This document shows, piece by piece, positions 30,000 to 43,799 of a stretch of DNA of 64,000 nucleotides (position 1 is the stretch's first letter; each line of letters begins with the position of its first letter). Under the pieces are notes generated by a model that worked only from the letters and a program-made list of their open reading frames with translations, made no database searches and was not told where the DNA came from. The DNA is taken from the NCBI GenBank assembly GCA_964016885.1, contig OZ024742.1:22568001-22632000 (forward strand). Direction: 5' to 3'. A program made the translations under genes and the position numbers. Origin of the DNA: Eledone cirrhosa (taxonomy: Eukaryota).

Positions 30000-32900
30000 A
30001 ATATAGACACAAGTATCTCGGTATCAAATTACCAAGAGATTCCCACTCTTCTGTCACCTTAACTCACTGAAACAGAGACACAAGTATCGCGGTATCAAAT
30101 TACCAAGAGATTCCCCACTCTTCTGTCACCTTAACTCGCTGAAACAGAGACACAAGTATCGCGGTATCAAATTACCAAGATATTCCCACAATTCTGTCAC
30201 CTTAACTCACTGAAACAGAGACACAAGTATCCCGGTATCAAATTACCAGGAGATACCCCCCTCTTCTGTCATCTTAACTCACTGAAACAGAGACACAAGT
30301 ATCGCGGTATCAAATTACCAAGAGATTCCCCCCTCTTCTGTCACCTTAACTCACTGAAACAGAGACACATGTATCGCGGTAATAAATTACCAAGATATTC
30401 CCACTCTTCAGTCACCTTTACTCACTGAAACAGAGACACAAGTATCGCGGTATCAAATTATCAAGAGATTCCCACTCTTCTGTCACCTTGACTCACTGAA
30501 ACAGAGACATAAGTATCGCGGTATCAAATTACCAAGAGATTCCCACTCTTCTGTCACCTTAACTCACTGAAATAGAGACACAAGTATCGCGGTATCAAAT
30601 TACCAGGAGATTCCCCCCTCTTCTGTCACCTTAACTCACTGAAACAGAGACACAAGTATCGCGGTATCAAATTACCAAGAGATTCCCCCCTCTTCTGTCA
30701 CCTTAACTCACTGAAACAGAGACACATGTATCGCGGTAATAAATTACCAAGATATTCCCACTCTTCTGTCACCTTTACTCACTGAAACAGAGACACAAGT
30801 ATCGCGGTATCAAATTATCAAGAGATTCCCACTCTTCTGTCACCTTGACTCACTGAAACAGAGACATAAGTATCGCGGTATCAAATTACCAACAGATTCC
30901 CACTCTTCTGTCACCTTAACTCACTGAAACAGAGACACAAGTATCGCGGTATCAAATTACCAGGAGATTCCCCCCTCTTCTGTCACCTTAACTCACTGAA
31001 ACAGAGACACAAGTATCGCGGTAATAAATTACCAAGATATTCCCACTCTTCTGTCACCTTAACTCACTGAAACAGAGACACAAGTATCGCGGTATCAAAT
31101 TACCAGGAGATTCCCCCCTCTTCTGTCACCTTAACTCACTGAAACAGAGACACAAGTATCGCGGTAATAAATTACCAAGATATTCCAACGCCCTGTCACG
31201 TTAACACACTAAAATATAGACACAAGTATCGCGGTATCAAATTACCAAGAGATTCCCCCTCTTCTGACACCTTAACTCACTAAAACAGAGACACACGTAT
31301 CGCGGTATCAAATTACCAAGAGATTCCCCCCTCTTCTGTCACCTTAATTCACTGAAACAGAGACACAAGTATCGCGGTATCAAATTACCAAGATATTCCC
31401 ACTCTTCTGTCACCTTAACTCACTGAAACAGAGACACAAGTATCCGGGTATCAAATTACCAGGAGATTCCCCCCTCTTCTGTCACCTTAACTCACTGACA
31501 CAGAGACACAAGTATCGCTGTATCAAATTACCAAGAGATTACCACTCTTCTGTCACCTTAACTCACTGAAACAGAGACACAAGTATCGCGGTATCAAATT
31601 ACCAAGAGATTCCCCACTCTTCTGTCACCTTAACTCAATAAAACAGAGACACAAGTATCGCGGTATCAAATTACCAAGAGATTCCCACTCTTCTGTCACC
31701 TTAACTCACTGAAATATGGACACAAGTATCGCGGTATCAAATTACCAGGAGATTCCCCCCTCTTCTGTCACCTTAACTCACTGAAACAGAGACACAAGTA
31801 TCGCGGTAATAAATTACCAAGATATTCCAACGCCCTGTCACGTTAACACACTAAAATATAGACACAAGTATCGCGGTATCAAATTACCAAGAGATTCCCC
31901 CTCTTCTGACACCTTAACTCACTAAAACAGAGACACACGTATCGCGGTATCAAATTACCAAGAGATTCCCCCCTCTTCTGTCACCTTAATTCACTAAAAC
32001 AGAGACACACGTATCGCGGTATCAATTTACCAAGAGATTCCCCCCTCTTCTGTCACCTTAATTCACTGAAACAGAGACACAAGTATCGCGGTATCAAATT
32101 ACCAAGATATTCCCACTCTTCTGTCACCTTAACTCACTGAAACAGAGACACAAGTATCCCGGTATCAAATTACCAGGAGATTCCCCCCTCTTCTGTCACC
32201 TTAACTCACTGACACAGAGTCACAAGTATCGCTGTATTAAATTACCAAGAGATTACCACTCTTCTGTCACCTTAACTCACTGAAACAGAGACACAAGTAT
32301 CGAGGTATCAAATTACCAAGAGATTCCCCACTCTTCTGTCACCTTAACTCAATAAAACAGAGACACATGTATCGCGGTATCAAATTACCAAGAGATTCCC
32401 ACTCTTCTGTCACCTTAACTCACTGAAATATAGACACAAGTATCTCGGTATCAAATTACCAAGAGATTCCCACTCTTCTGTCACCTTAACTCACTGAAAC
32501 AGAGACACAAGTATCGCGGTATCAAATTACCAAGAGATTCCCCACTCTTCTGTCACCTTAACTCGCTGAAACAGAGACACAAGTATCGCGGTATCAAATT
32601 ACCAAGATATTCCCACAATTCTGTCACCTTAACTCACTGAAACAGAGACACAAGTATCCCGGTATCAAATTACCAGGAGATACCCCCCTCTTCTGTCATC
32701 TTAACTCACTGAAACAGAGACACAAGTATCGCGGTATCAAATTACCAAGAGATTCCCCCCTCTTCTGTCACCTTAACTCACTGAAACAGAGACACATGTA
32801 TCGCGGTAATAAATTACCAAGATATTCCCACTCTTCAGTCACCTTTACTCACTGAAACAGAGACACAAGTATCGCGGTATCAAATTATCAAGAGATTCCC

Positions 32901-35900
32901 ACTCTTCTGTCACCTTGACTCACTGAAACAGAGACATAAGTATCGCGGTATCAAATTACCAAGAGATTCCCACTCTTCTGTCACCTTAACTCACTGAAAT
33001 ATAGACACAAGTATCTCGGTATCAAATTACCAAGAGATTCCCACTCTTCTGTCACCTTAACTCACTGAAACAGAGACACAAGTATCGCGGTATCAAATTA
33101 CCAAGAGATTCCCCACTCTTCTGTCACCTTAACTCGCTGAAACAGAGACACAAGTATCGCGGTATCAAATTACCAAGATATTCCCACAATTCTGTCACCT
33201 TAACTCACTGAAACAGAGACACAAGTATCCCGGTATCAAATTACCAGGAGATACCCCCCTCTTCTGTCATCTTAACTCACTGAAACAGAGACACAAGTAT
33301 CGCGGTATCAAATTACCAAGAGATTCCCCCCTCTTCTGTCACCTTAACTCACTGAAACAGAGACACATGTATCGCGGTAATAAATTAACAAGATATTCCC
33401 ACTCTTCAGTCACCTTTACTCACTGAAACAGAGACACAAGTATCGCGGTATCAAATTATCAAGAGATTCCCACTCTTCTGTCACCTTGACTCACTGAAAC
33501 AGAGACATAAGTATCGCGGTATCAAATTACCAAGAGATTCCCACTCTTCTGTCACCTTAACTCACTGAAATAGAGACACAAGTATCGCGGTATCAAATTA
33601 CCAGGAGATTCCCCCCTCTTCTGTCACCTTAACTCACTGAAACAGAGACACAAGTATCGCGGTATCAAATTACCAAGAGATTCCCCCCTCTTCTGTCACC
33701 TTAACTCACTGAAACAGAGACACATGTATCGCGGTAATAAATTACCAAGATATTCCCACTCTTCTGTCACCTTTACTCACTGAAACAGAGACACAAGTAT
33801 CGCGGTATCAAATTATCAAGAGATTCCCACTCTTCTGTCACCTTGACTCACTGAAACAGAGACATAAGTATCGCGGTATCAAATTACCAACAGATTCCCA
33901 CTCTTCTGTCACCTTAACTCACTGAAATAGAGACACAAGTATCGCGGTATCAAATTACCAGGAGATTCCCCCCTCTTCTGTCACCTTAACTCACTGAAAC
34001 AGAGACACAAGTATCGCGGTATCAAATTACCAGGAGATTCCCCCCTCTTCTGTCACCTTAACTCACTGAAACAGAGACACAAGTATCGCGGTAATAAATT
34101 ACCAAGATATTCCCACTCTTCTGTCACCTTAACTCACTGAAACAGAGACACAAGTATCGCGGTATCAAATTACCAGGAGATTCCCCCCTCTTCTGTCACC
34201 TTAACTCACTGAAACAGAGACACAAGTATCGCGGTAATAAATTACCAAGATATTCCAACGCCCTGTCACGTTAACACACTAAAATATAGACACAAGTATC
34301 GCGGTATCAAATTACCAAGAGATTCCCCCTCTTCTGACACCTTAACTCACTAAAACAGAGACACACGTATCGCGGTATCAAATTACCAAGAGATTCCCCC
34401 CTCTTCTGTCACCTTAATTCACTGAAACAGAGACACAAGTATCGCGGTATCAAATTACCAAGATATTCCCCCCTCTTCTGTCACCTTAATTCACTGAAAC
34501 AGAGACACAAGTATCGCGGTATCAAATTACCAAGATATTCCCACTCTTCTGTCACCTTAACTCACTGAAACAGAGACACAAGTATCCCGGTATCAAATTA
34601 CCAGGAGATTCCCCCCTCTTCTGTCACCTTAACTCACTGACACAGAGTCACAAGTATCGCTGTATTAAATTACCAAGAGATTACCACTCTTCTGTCACCT
34701 TAACTCACTGAAACAGAGACACAAGTATCGAGGTATCAAATTACCAAGAGATTCCCCACTCTTCTGTCACCTTAACTCAATAAAACAGAGACACATGTAT
34801 CGCGGTATCAAATTACCAAGAGATTCCCACTCTTCTGTCACCTTAACTCACTGAAATATAGACACAAGTATCTCGGTATCAAATTACCAAGAGATTCCCA
34901 CTCTTCTGTCACCTTAACTCACTGAAACAGAGACACAAGTATCGCGGTATCAAATTACCAAGAGATTCCCCACTCTTCTGTCACCTTAACTCGCTGAAAC
35001 AGAGACACAAGTATCGCGGTATCAAATTACCAAGATATTCCCACAATTCTGTCACCTTAACTCACTGAAACAGAGACACAAGTATCCCGGTATCAAATTA
35101 CCAGGAGATACCCCCCTCTTCTGTCATCTTAACTCACTGAAACAGAGACACAAGTATCGCGGTATCAAATTACCAAGAGATTCCCCCCTCTTCTGTCACC
35201 TTAACTCACTGAAACAGAGACACATGTATCGCGGTAATAAATTACCAAGATATTCCCACTCTTCAGTCACCTTTACTTACTGAAACAGAGACACAAGTAT
35301 CGCGGTATCAAATTATCAAGAGATTCCCACTCTTCTGTCACCTTGACTCACTGAAACAGAGACATAAGTATCGCGGTATCAAATTACCAAGAGATTCCCA
35401 CTCTTCTGTCACCTTAACTCACTGAAACAGAGACACAAGTATCGCGGTATCAAATTACCAGGAGATTCCCCCCTCTTCTGTCACCTTAACTCACTGAAAC
35501 AGAGACACAAGTATCGCGGTATCAAATTACCAAGAGATTCCCCCCTCTTCTGTCACCTTAACTCACTGAAACAGAGACACATGTATCGCGGTAATAAATT
35601 ACCAAGATATTCCCACTCTTCTGTCACCTTTACTCACTGAAACAGAGACACAAGTATCGCGGTATCAAATTATCAAGAGATTCCCACTCTTCTGTCACCT
35701 TGACTCACTGAAACAGAGACATAAGTATCGCGGTATCAAATTACCAACAGATTCCCACTCTTCTGTCACCTTAACTCACTGAAACAGAGACACAAGTATC
35801 GCGGTATCAAATTACCAGGAGATTCCCCCCTCTTCTGTCACCTTAACTCACTGAAACAGAGACACAAGTATCGCGGTAATAAATTACCAAGATATTCCCA

Positions 35901-38900
35901 CTCTTCTGTCACCTTAACTCACTGAAACAGAGACACAAGTATCGCGGTATCAAATTACCAGGAGATTCCCCCCTCTTCTGTCACCTTAACTCACTGAAAC
36001 AGAGACACAAGTATCGCGGTAATAAATTACCAAGATATTCCAACGCCCTGTCACGTTAACACACTAAAATATAGACACAAGTATCGCGGTATCAAATTAC
36101 CAAGAGATTCCCCCTCTTCTGACACCTTAACTCACTAAAACAGAGACACACGTATCGCGGTATCAAATTACCAAGAGATTCCCCCCTCTTCTGTCACCTT
36201 AATTCACTGAAACAGAGACACAAGTATCGCGGTATCAAATTACCAAGATATTCCCACTCTTCTGTCACCTTAACTCACTGAAACAGAGACACAAGTATCC
36301 GGGTATCAAATTACCAGGAGATTCCCCCCTCTTCTGTCACCTTAACTCACTGACACAGAGACACAAGTATCGCTGTATCAAATTACCAAGAGATTACCAC
36401 TCTTCTGTCACCTTAACTCACTGAAACAGAGACACAAGTATCGCGGTATCAAATTACCAAGAGATTCCCCACTCTTCTGTCACCTTAACTCAATAAAACA
36501 GAGACACAAGTATCGCGGTATCAAATTACCAAGAGATTCCCACTCTTCTGTCACCTTAACTCACTGAAATATGGACACAAGTATCGCGGTATCAAATTAC
36601 CAGGAGATTCCCCCCTCTTCTGTCACCTTAACTCACTGAAACAGAGACACAAGTATCGCGGTAATAAATTACCAAGATATTCCAACGCCCTGTCACGTTA
36701 ACACACTAAAATATAGACACAAGTATCGCGGTATCAAATTACCAAGAGATTCCCCCTCTTCTGACACCTTAACTCACTAAAACAGAGACACACGTATCGC
36801 GGTATCAAATTACCAAGAGATTCCCCCCTCTTCTGTCACCTTAATTCACTAAAACAGAGACACACGTATCGCGGTATCAATTTACCAAGAGATTCCCCCC
36901 TCTTCTGTCACCTTAATTCACTGAAACAGAGACACAAGTATCGCGGTATCAAATTACCAAGATATTCCCACTCTTCTGTCACCTTAACTCACTGAAACAG
37001 AGACACAAGTATCCCGGTATCAAATTACCAGGAGATTCCCCCCTCTTCTGTCACCTTAACTCACTGACACAGAGTCACAAGTATCGCTGTATTAAATTAC
37101 CAAGAGATTACCACTCTTCTGTCACCTTAACTCACTGAAACAGAGACACAAGTATCGAGGTATCAAATTACCAAGAGATTCCCCACTCTTCTGTCACCTT
37201 AACTCAATAAAACAGAGACACATGTATCGCGGTATCAAATTACCAAGAGATTCCCACTCTTCTGTCACCTTAACTCACTGAAATATAGACACAAGTATCT
37301 CGGTATCAAATTACCAAGAGATTCCCACTCTTCTGTCACCTTAACTCACTGAAACAGAGACACAAGTATCGCGGTATCAAATTACCAAGAGATTCCCCAC
37401 TCTTCTGTCACCTTAACTCGCTGAAACAGAGACACAAGTATCGCGGTATCAAATTACCAAGATATTCCCACAATTCTGTCACCTTAACTCACTGAAACAG
37501 AGACACAAGTATCCCGGTATCAAATTACCAGGAGATACCCCCCTCTTCTGTCATCTTAACTCACTGAAACAGAGACACAAGTATCGCGGTATCAAATTAC
37601 CAAGAGATTCCCCCCTCTTCTGTCACCTTAACTCACTGAAACAGAGACACATGTATCGCGGTAATAAATTACCAAGATATTCCCACTCTTCAGTCACCTT
37701 TACTCACTGAAACAGAGACACAAGTATCGCGGTATCAAATTATCAAGAGATTCCCACTCTTCTGTCACCTTGACTCACTGAAACAGAGACATAAGTATCG
37801 CGGTATCAAATTACCAAGAGATTCCCACTCTTCTGTCACCTTAACTCACTGAAATATAGACACAAGTATCTCGGTATCAAATTACCAAGAGATTCCCACT
37901 CTTCTGTCACCTTAACTCACTGAAACAGAGACACAAGTATCGCGGTATCAAATTACCAAGAGATTCCCCACTCTTCTGTCACCTTAACTCGCTGAAACAG
38001 AGACACAAGTATCGCGGTATCAAATTACCAAGATATTCCCACAATTCTGTCACCTTAACTCACTGAAACAGAGACACAAGTATCCCGGTATCAAATTACC
38101 AGGAGATACCCCCCTCTTCTGTCATCTTAACTCACTGAAACAGAGACACAAGTATCGCGGTATCAAATTACCAAGAGATTCCCCCCTCTTCTGTCACCTT
38201 AACTCACTGAAACAGAGACACATGTATCGCGGTAATAAATTAACAAGATATTCCCACTCTTCAGTCACCTTTACTCACTGAAACAGAGACACAAGTATCG
38301 CGGTATCAAATTATCAAGAGATTCCCACTCTTCTGTCACCTTGACTCACTGAAACAGAGACATAAGTATCGCGGTATCAAATTACCAAGAGATTCCCACT
38401 CTTCTGTCACCTTAACTCACTGAAATAGAGACACAAGTATCGCGGTATCAAATTACCAGGAGATTCCCCCCTCTTCTGTCACCTTAACTCACTGAAACAG
38501 AGACACAAGTATCGCGGTATCAAATTACCAAGAGATTCCCCCCTCTTCTGTCACCTTAACTCACTGAAACAGAGACACATGTATCGCGGTAATAAATTAC
38601 CAAGATATTCCCACTCTTCTGTCACCTTTACTCACTGAAACAGAGACACAAGTATCGCGGTATCAAATTATCAAGAGATTCCCACTCTTCTGTCACCTTG
38701 ACTCACTGAAACAGAGACATAAGTATCGCGGTATCAAATTACCAACAGATTCCCACTCTTCTGTCACCTTAACTCACTGAAATAGAGACACAAGTATCGC
38801 GGTATCAAATTACCAGGAGATTCCCCCCTCTTCTGTCACCTTAACTCACTGAAACAGAGACACAAGTATCGCGGTATCAAATTACCAGGAGATTCCCCCC

Positions 38901-41430
38901 TCTTCTGTCACCTTAACTCACTGAAACAGAGACACAAGTATCGCGGTAATAAATTACCAAGATATTCCCACTCTTCTGTCACCTTAACTCACTGAAACAG
39001 AGACACAAGTATCGCGGTATCAAATTACCAGGAGATTCCCCCCTCTTCTGTCACCTTAACTCACTGAAACAGAGACACAAGTATCGCGGTAATAAATTAC
39101 CAAGATATTCCAACGCCCTGTCACGTTAACACACTAAAATATAGACACAAGTATCGCGGTATCAAATTACCAAGAGATTCCCCCTCTTCTGACACCTTAA
39201 CTCACTAAAACAGAGACACACGTATCGCGGTATCAAATTACCAAGAGATTCCCCCCTCTTCTGTCACCTTAATTCACTGAAACAGAGACACAAGTATCGC
39301 GGTATCAAATTACCAAGATATTCCCCCCTCTTCTGTCACCTTAATTCACTGAAACAGAGACACAAGTATCGCGGTATCAAATTACCAAGATATTCCCACT
39401 CTTCTGTCACCTTAACTCACTGAAACAGAGACACAAGTATCCCGGTATCAAATTACCAGGAGATTCCCCCCTCTTCTGTCACCTTAACTCACTGACACAG
39501 AGTCACAAGTATCGCTGTATTAAATTACCAAGAGATTACCACTCTTCTGTCACCTTAACTCACTGAAACAGAGACACAAGTATCGAGGTATCAAATTACC
39601 AAGAGATTCCCCACTCTTCTGTCACCTTAACTCAATAAAACAGAGACACATGTATCGCGGTATCAAATTACCAAGAGATTCCCACTCTTCTGTCACCTTA
39701 ACTCACTGAAATATAGACACAAGTATCTCGGTATCAAATTACCAAGAGATTCCCACTCTTCTGTCACCTTAACTCACTGAAACAGAGACACAAGTATCGC
39801 GGTATCAAATTACCAAGAGATTCCCCACTCTTCTGTCACCTTAACTCGCTGAAACAGAGACACAAGTATCGCGGTATCAAATTACCAAGATATTCCCACA
39901 ATTCTGTCACCTTAACTCACTGAAACAGAGACACAAGTATCCCGGTATCAAATTACCAGGAGATACCCCCCTCTTCTGTCATCTTAACTCACTGAAACAG
40001 AGACACAAGTATCGCGGTATCAAATTACCAAGAGATTCCCCCCTCTTCTGTCACCTTAACTCACTGAAACAGAGACACATGTATCGCGGTAATAAATTAC
40101 CAAGATATTCCCACTCTTCAGTCACCTTTACTTACTGAAACAGAGACACAAGTATCGCGGTATCAAATTATCAAGAGATTCCCACTCTTCTGTCACCTTG
40201 ACTCACTGAAACAGAGACATAAGTATCGCGGTATCAAATTACCAAGAGATTCCCACTCTTCTGTCACCTTAACTCACTGAAACAGAGACACAAGTATCGC
40301 GGTATCAAATTACCAGGAGATTCCCCCCTCTTCTGTCACCTTAACTCACTGAAACAGAGACACAAGTATCGCGGTATCAAATTACCAAGAGATTCCCCCC
40401 TCTTCTGTCACCTTAACTCACTGAAACAGAGACACATGTATCGCGGTAATAAATTACCAAGATATTCCCACTCTTCTGTCACCTTTACTCACTGAAACAG
40501 AGACACAAGTATCGCGGTATCAAATTATCAAGAGATTCCCACTCTTCTGTCACCTTGACTCACTGAAACAGAGACATAAGTATCGCGGTATCAAATTACC
40601 AACAGATTCCCACTCTTCTGTCACCTTAACTCACTGAAACAGAGACACAAGTATCGCGGTATCAAATTACCAGGAGATTCCCCCCTCTTCTGTCACCTTA
40701 ACTCACTGAAACAGAGACACAAGTATCGCGGTAATAAATTACCAAGATATTCCCACTCTTCTGTCACCTTAACTCACTGAAACAGAGACACAAGTATCGC
40801 GGTATCAAATTACCAGGAGATTCCCCCCTCTTCTGTCACCTTAACTCACTGAAACAGAGACACAAGTATCGCGGTAATAAATTACCAAGATATTCCAACG
40901 CCCTGTCACGTTAACACACTAAAATATAGACACAAGTATCGCGGTATCAAATTACCAAGAGATTCCCCCTCTTCTGACACCTTAACTCACTAAAACAGAG
41001 ACACACGTATCGCGGTATCAAATTACCAAGAGATTCCCCCCTCTGCTGTCACCTTAATTCACTGAAACAGAGACACAAGTATCGCGGTATCAAATTACCA
41101 AGATATTCCCACTCTTCTGTCACCTTAACTCACTGAAACAGAGACACAAGTATCCGGGTATCAAATTACCAGGAGATTCCCCCCTCTTCTGTCACCTTAA
41201 CTCACTGACACAGAGACACAAGTATCGCTGTATCAAATTACCAAGAGATTACCACTCTTCTGTCACCTTAACTCACTGAAACAGAGACACAAGTATCGCG
41301 GTATCAAATTACCAAGAGATTCCCCACTCTTCTGTCACCTTAACTCAATAAAACAGAGACACAAGTATCGCGGTATCAAATTACCAAGAGATTCCCACTC
41401 TTCTGTCACCTTAACTCACTGAAATATAGA
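30000..41430. repeat. Near-identical 68-monomer higher-order repeat (period 4855 bp, ~2.3 copies)
   Basis: Private markers at an exact 4855-bp offset: ATGGACAC 31716/36571, CGAGG 32301/37156 and 34729/39584, TAAATTAACA 33381/38236, CTTTACTTAC 35271/40126, CAATTCTG 30189/35044/39899. Confidence 0.93.
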
Positions 41431-43799
41431 CACAAGTATCGCGGTATCAAACTACCAAGATATTCTCACTCTTCTGTCACCTTAACTCACTGAAACAGAG
41501 ACACAAGTATCCCGGTATCAAATTACCAGGAGATTCCCCCCTCTTCTGTCACCTTACCTCACTGAAACAGAGACACAAGTATCGCGGTAATAAATTACCA
41601 AGATATTCCCACGCTCTGTCACGTTAACACACTAAAATATAGACACAAGTATCGCGGTATCAAATTACAAAGAGATTCCCCCTCTTCTGTCACCTTAACT
41701 CACTAAAACAAAGACACACGTATCGCGGTATCAAATTACCAAGAGATTCCCCCCTCTTCTGTCTCCTTAATTCACTGAAACAGAGACACAAGTATCGCGG
41801 TATCAAACTACCAAGATATTCTCACTCTTCTGTCACCTTAACTCACTGAAACAGAGACACAAGTATCCCGGTATCAAATTACCAGGAGATTCCCCCCTCT
41901 TCTGTCACCTTAACTCACTGAAACAGAGACACAAGTATCGCTGTATCAAATTACCAAGAGATTACCACTCTTCTGTCACCTTAACTCACTGAAACAGAGA
42001 CACAAGTATCGCGGTATCAAATTACCAAGATATTCCCACTCTTCTGTCACCTTTACTCACTGAAACAGAGACACAAGTATCGCGGTATCAAATTATCAAG
42101 AGATTCCCACTCTTCTGTCACCTTGACTCACTGAAACAGAGACATAAGTATCGCGGTATCAAATTACCAAGAGATTCCCACTCTTCTGTCACCTTAACTC
42201 ACTGAAACAGAGACACAAGTATCGCGGTATCAAATCACCAGGAGATTCCCCCCTCTTCTGTCACCTTAACTCACTGAAACAGAGACACGAGTATCGCGGT
42301 AATAAATTACCAAGATATTCCCACTCTTCTGTCACCTTAACTCACTGAAACAGAGACACAAGTATCGCGGTATCAAATTACCAAGAGATTCCCAATCTTC
42401 TGTCACATTAACTCACTGAAACAGAGACACAAGTATCGCGGTATCAAATTACCAGGAGATTCCCCCCTCTTCTGTCACCTTAACTCACTGAAACAGAGAC
42501 ACAAGTATCGCGGTAATAAATTACCAAGATATTCCAACGCCCTGTCACGTTAACACACTAAAATATAGACACAAGTATCGCGGTATCAAATTACCAAGAA
42601 ATTCCCCCCTATTCTATCACCTTAATTCACTGAAACAGAGACACAAGTATCGCGGTATCAAATTACCAAGATATTCCCACTCTTCTGTCACCTTAACTCA
42701 CTGAAACAGAGACACAAGTATCCGGGTATCAAATTACCAGGAGATTCCCCCCTCTTCTGTCACCTTAACTCACTGACACAGAGACACAAGTATCGCTGTA
42801 TCAAATTACCAAGAGATTACCACTCTTCTGTCACCTTAACTCACTGAAACAGAGACACAAGTATCGCGGTATCAAATTACCAAGAGATTCCCCACTCTTC
42901 TGTCACCTTAACTCAATAAAACAGAGACACAAGTATCGCGGTATCAAATTACCAAGAGATTCCCACTCTTCTGTCACCTTAACTCACTGAAATATAGACA
43001 CAAGTATCTCGGTATCAAATTACCAAGAGATTCCCACTCTTCTGTCACCTTAACTCACTGAATCAGAGACACAAGTATCGCGGTATCAAATTACCAAGAT
43101 ATTCCCACTCTTCTGTCACCTTAACTCACTGAAACAGAGTCACAAGTATCGCGGTATCAAATTACCAAGAGATTCCCACTCTTCTGTCACATTAACTCAC
43201 TGAAACAGAGACACAAGTATCGCGCTATCAAATTACCAGGAGATTCCCCCCTCTTCTGTCACCTTAACTCCCTGAAACAGAGACACAATATCGCGGTAAT
43301 AAATTACCAAGATATTCCCACGCTCTGTCACGTTAACACACTAAAATATAGACACAAGTATCGCGGTATCAAATTACCAAGAGATTCCCCCTCTTCTGTC
43401 ACCTTAACTCGCTAAAACAAAGACACACGTATCGCGGTATCCAATTACCAAGAGATTCCTCCCTCTTCTGTCTCCTTAATTCACTGAAACAGAGACACAA
43501 GTATCGCGGTATCAAACTACCAAGATATTCTCACTCTTCTGTCACCTTAACTCACTGAAACAGAGACACAAGTATCCCGGTATCAAATTACCAGGAGATT
43601 CCCCCCTCTTCTGTCACCTTAACTCACTGAAACAGAGACACAAGTATCGCGGTATCAAATTACCAAGTGATTCCCAATCTTCTGTCACATTAACTCACTG
43701 AAACAGAGACACAAGTATCGCGGTATCAAATTACCAGGAGATTCCCCCGTCTTCTGTCACCTTAACTCACTGAAAGAGAGACACAAGTATCGCGGTAAT

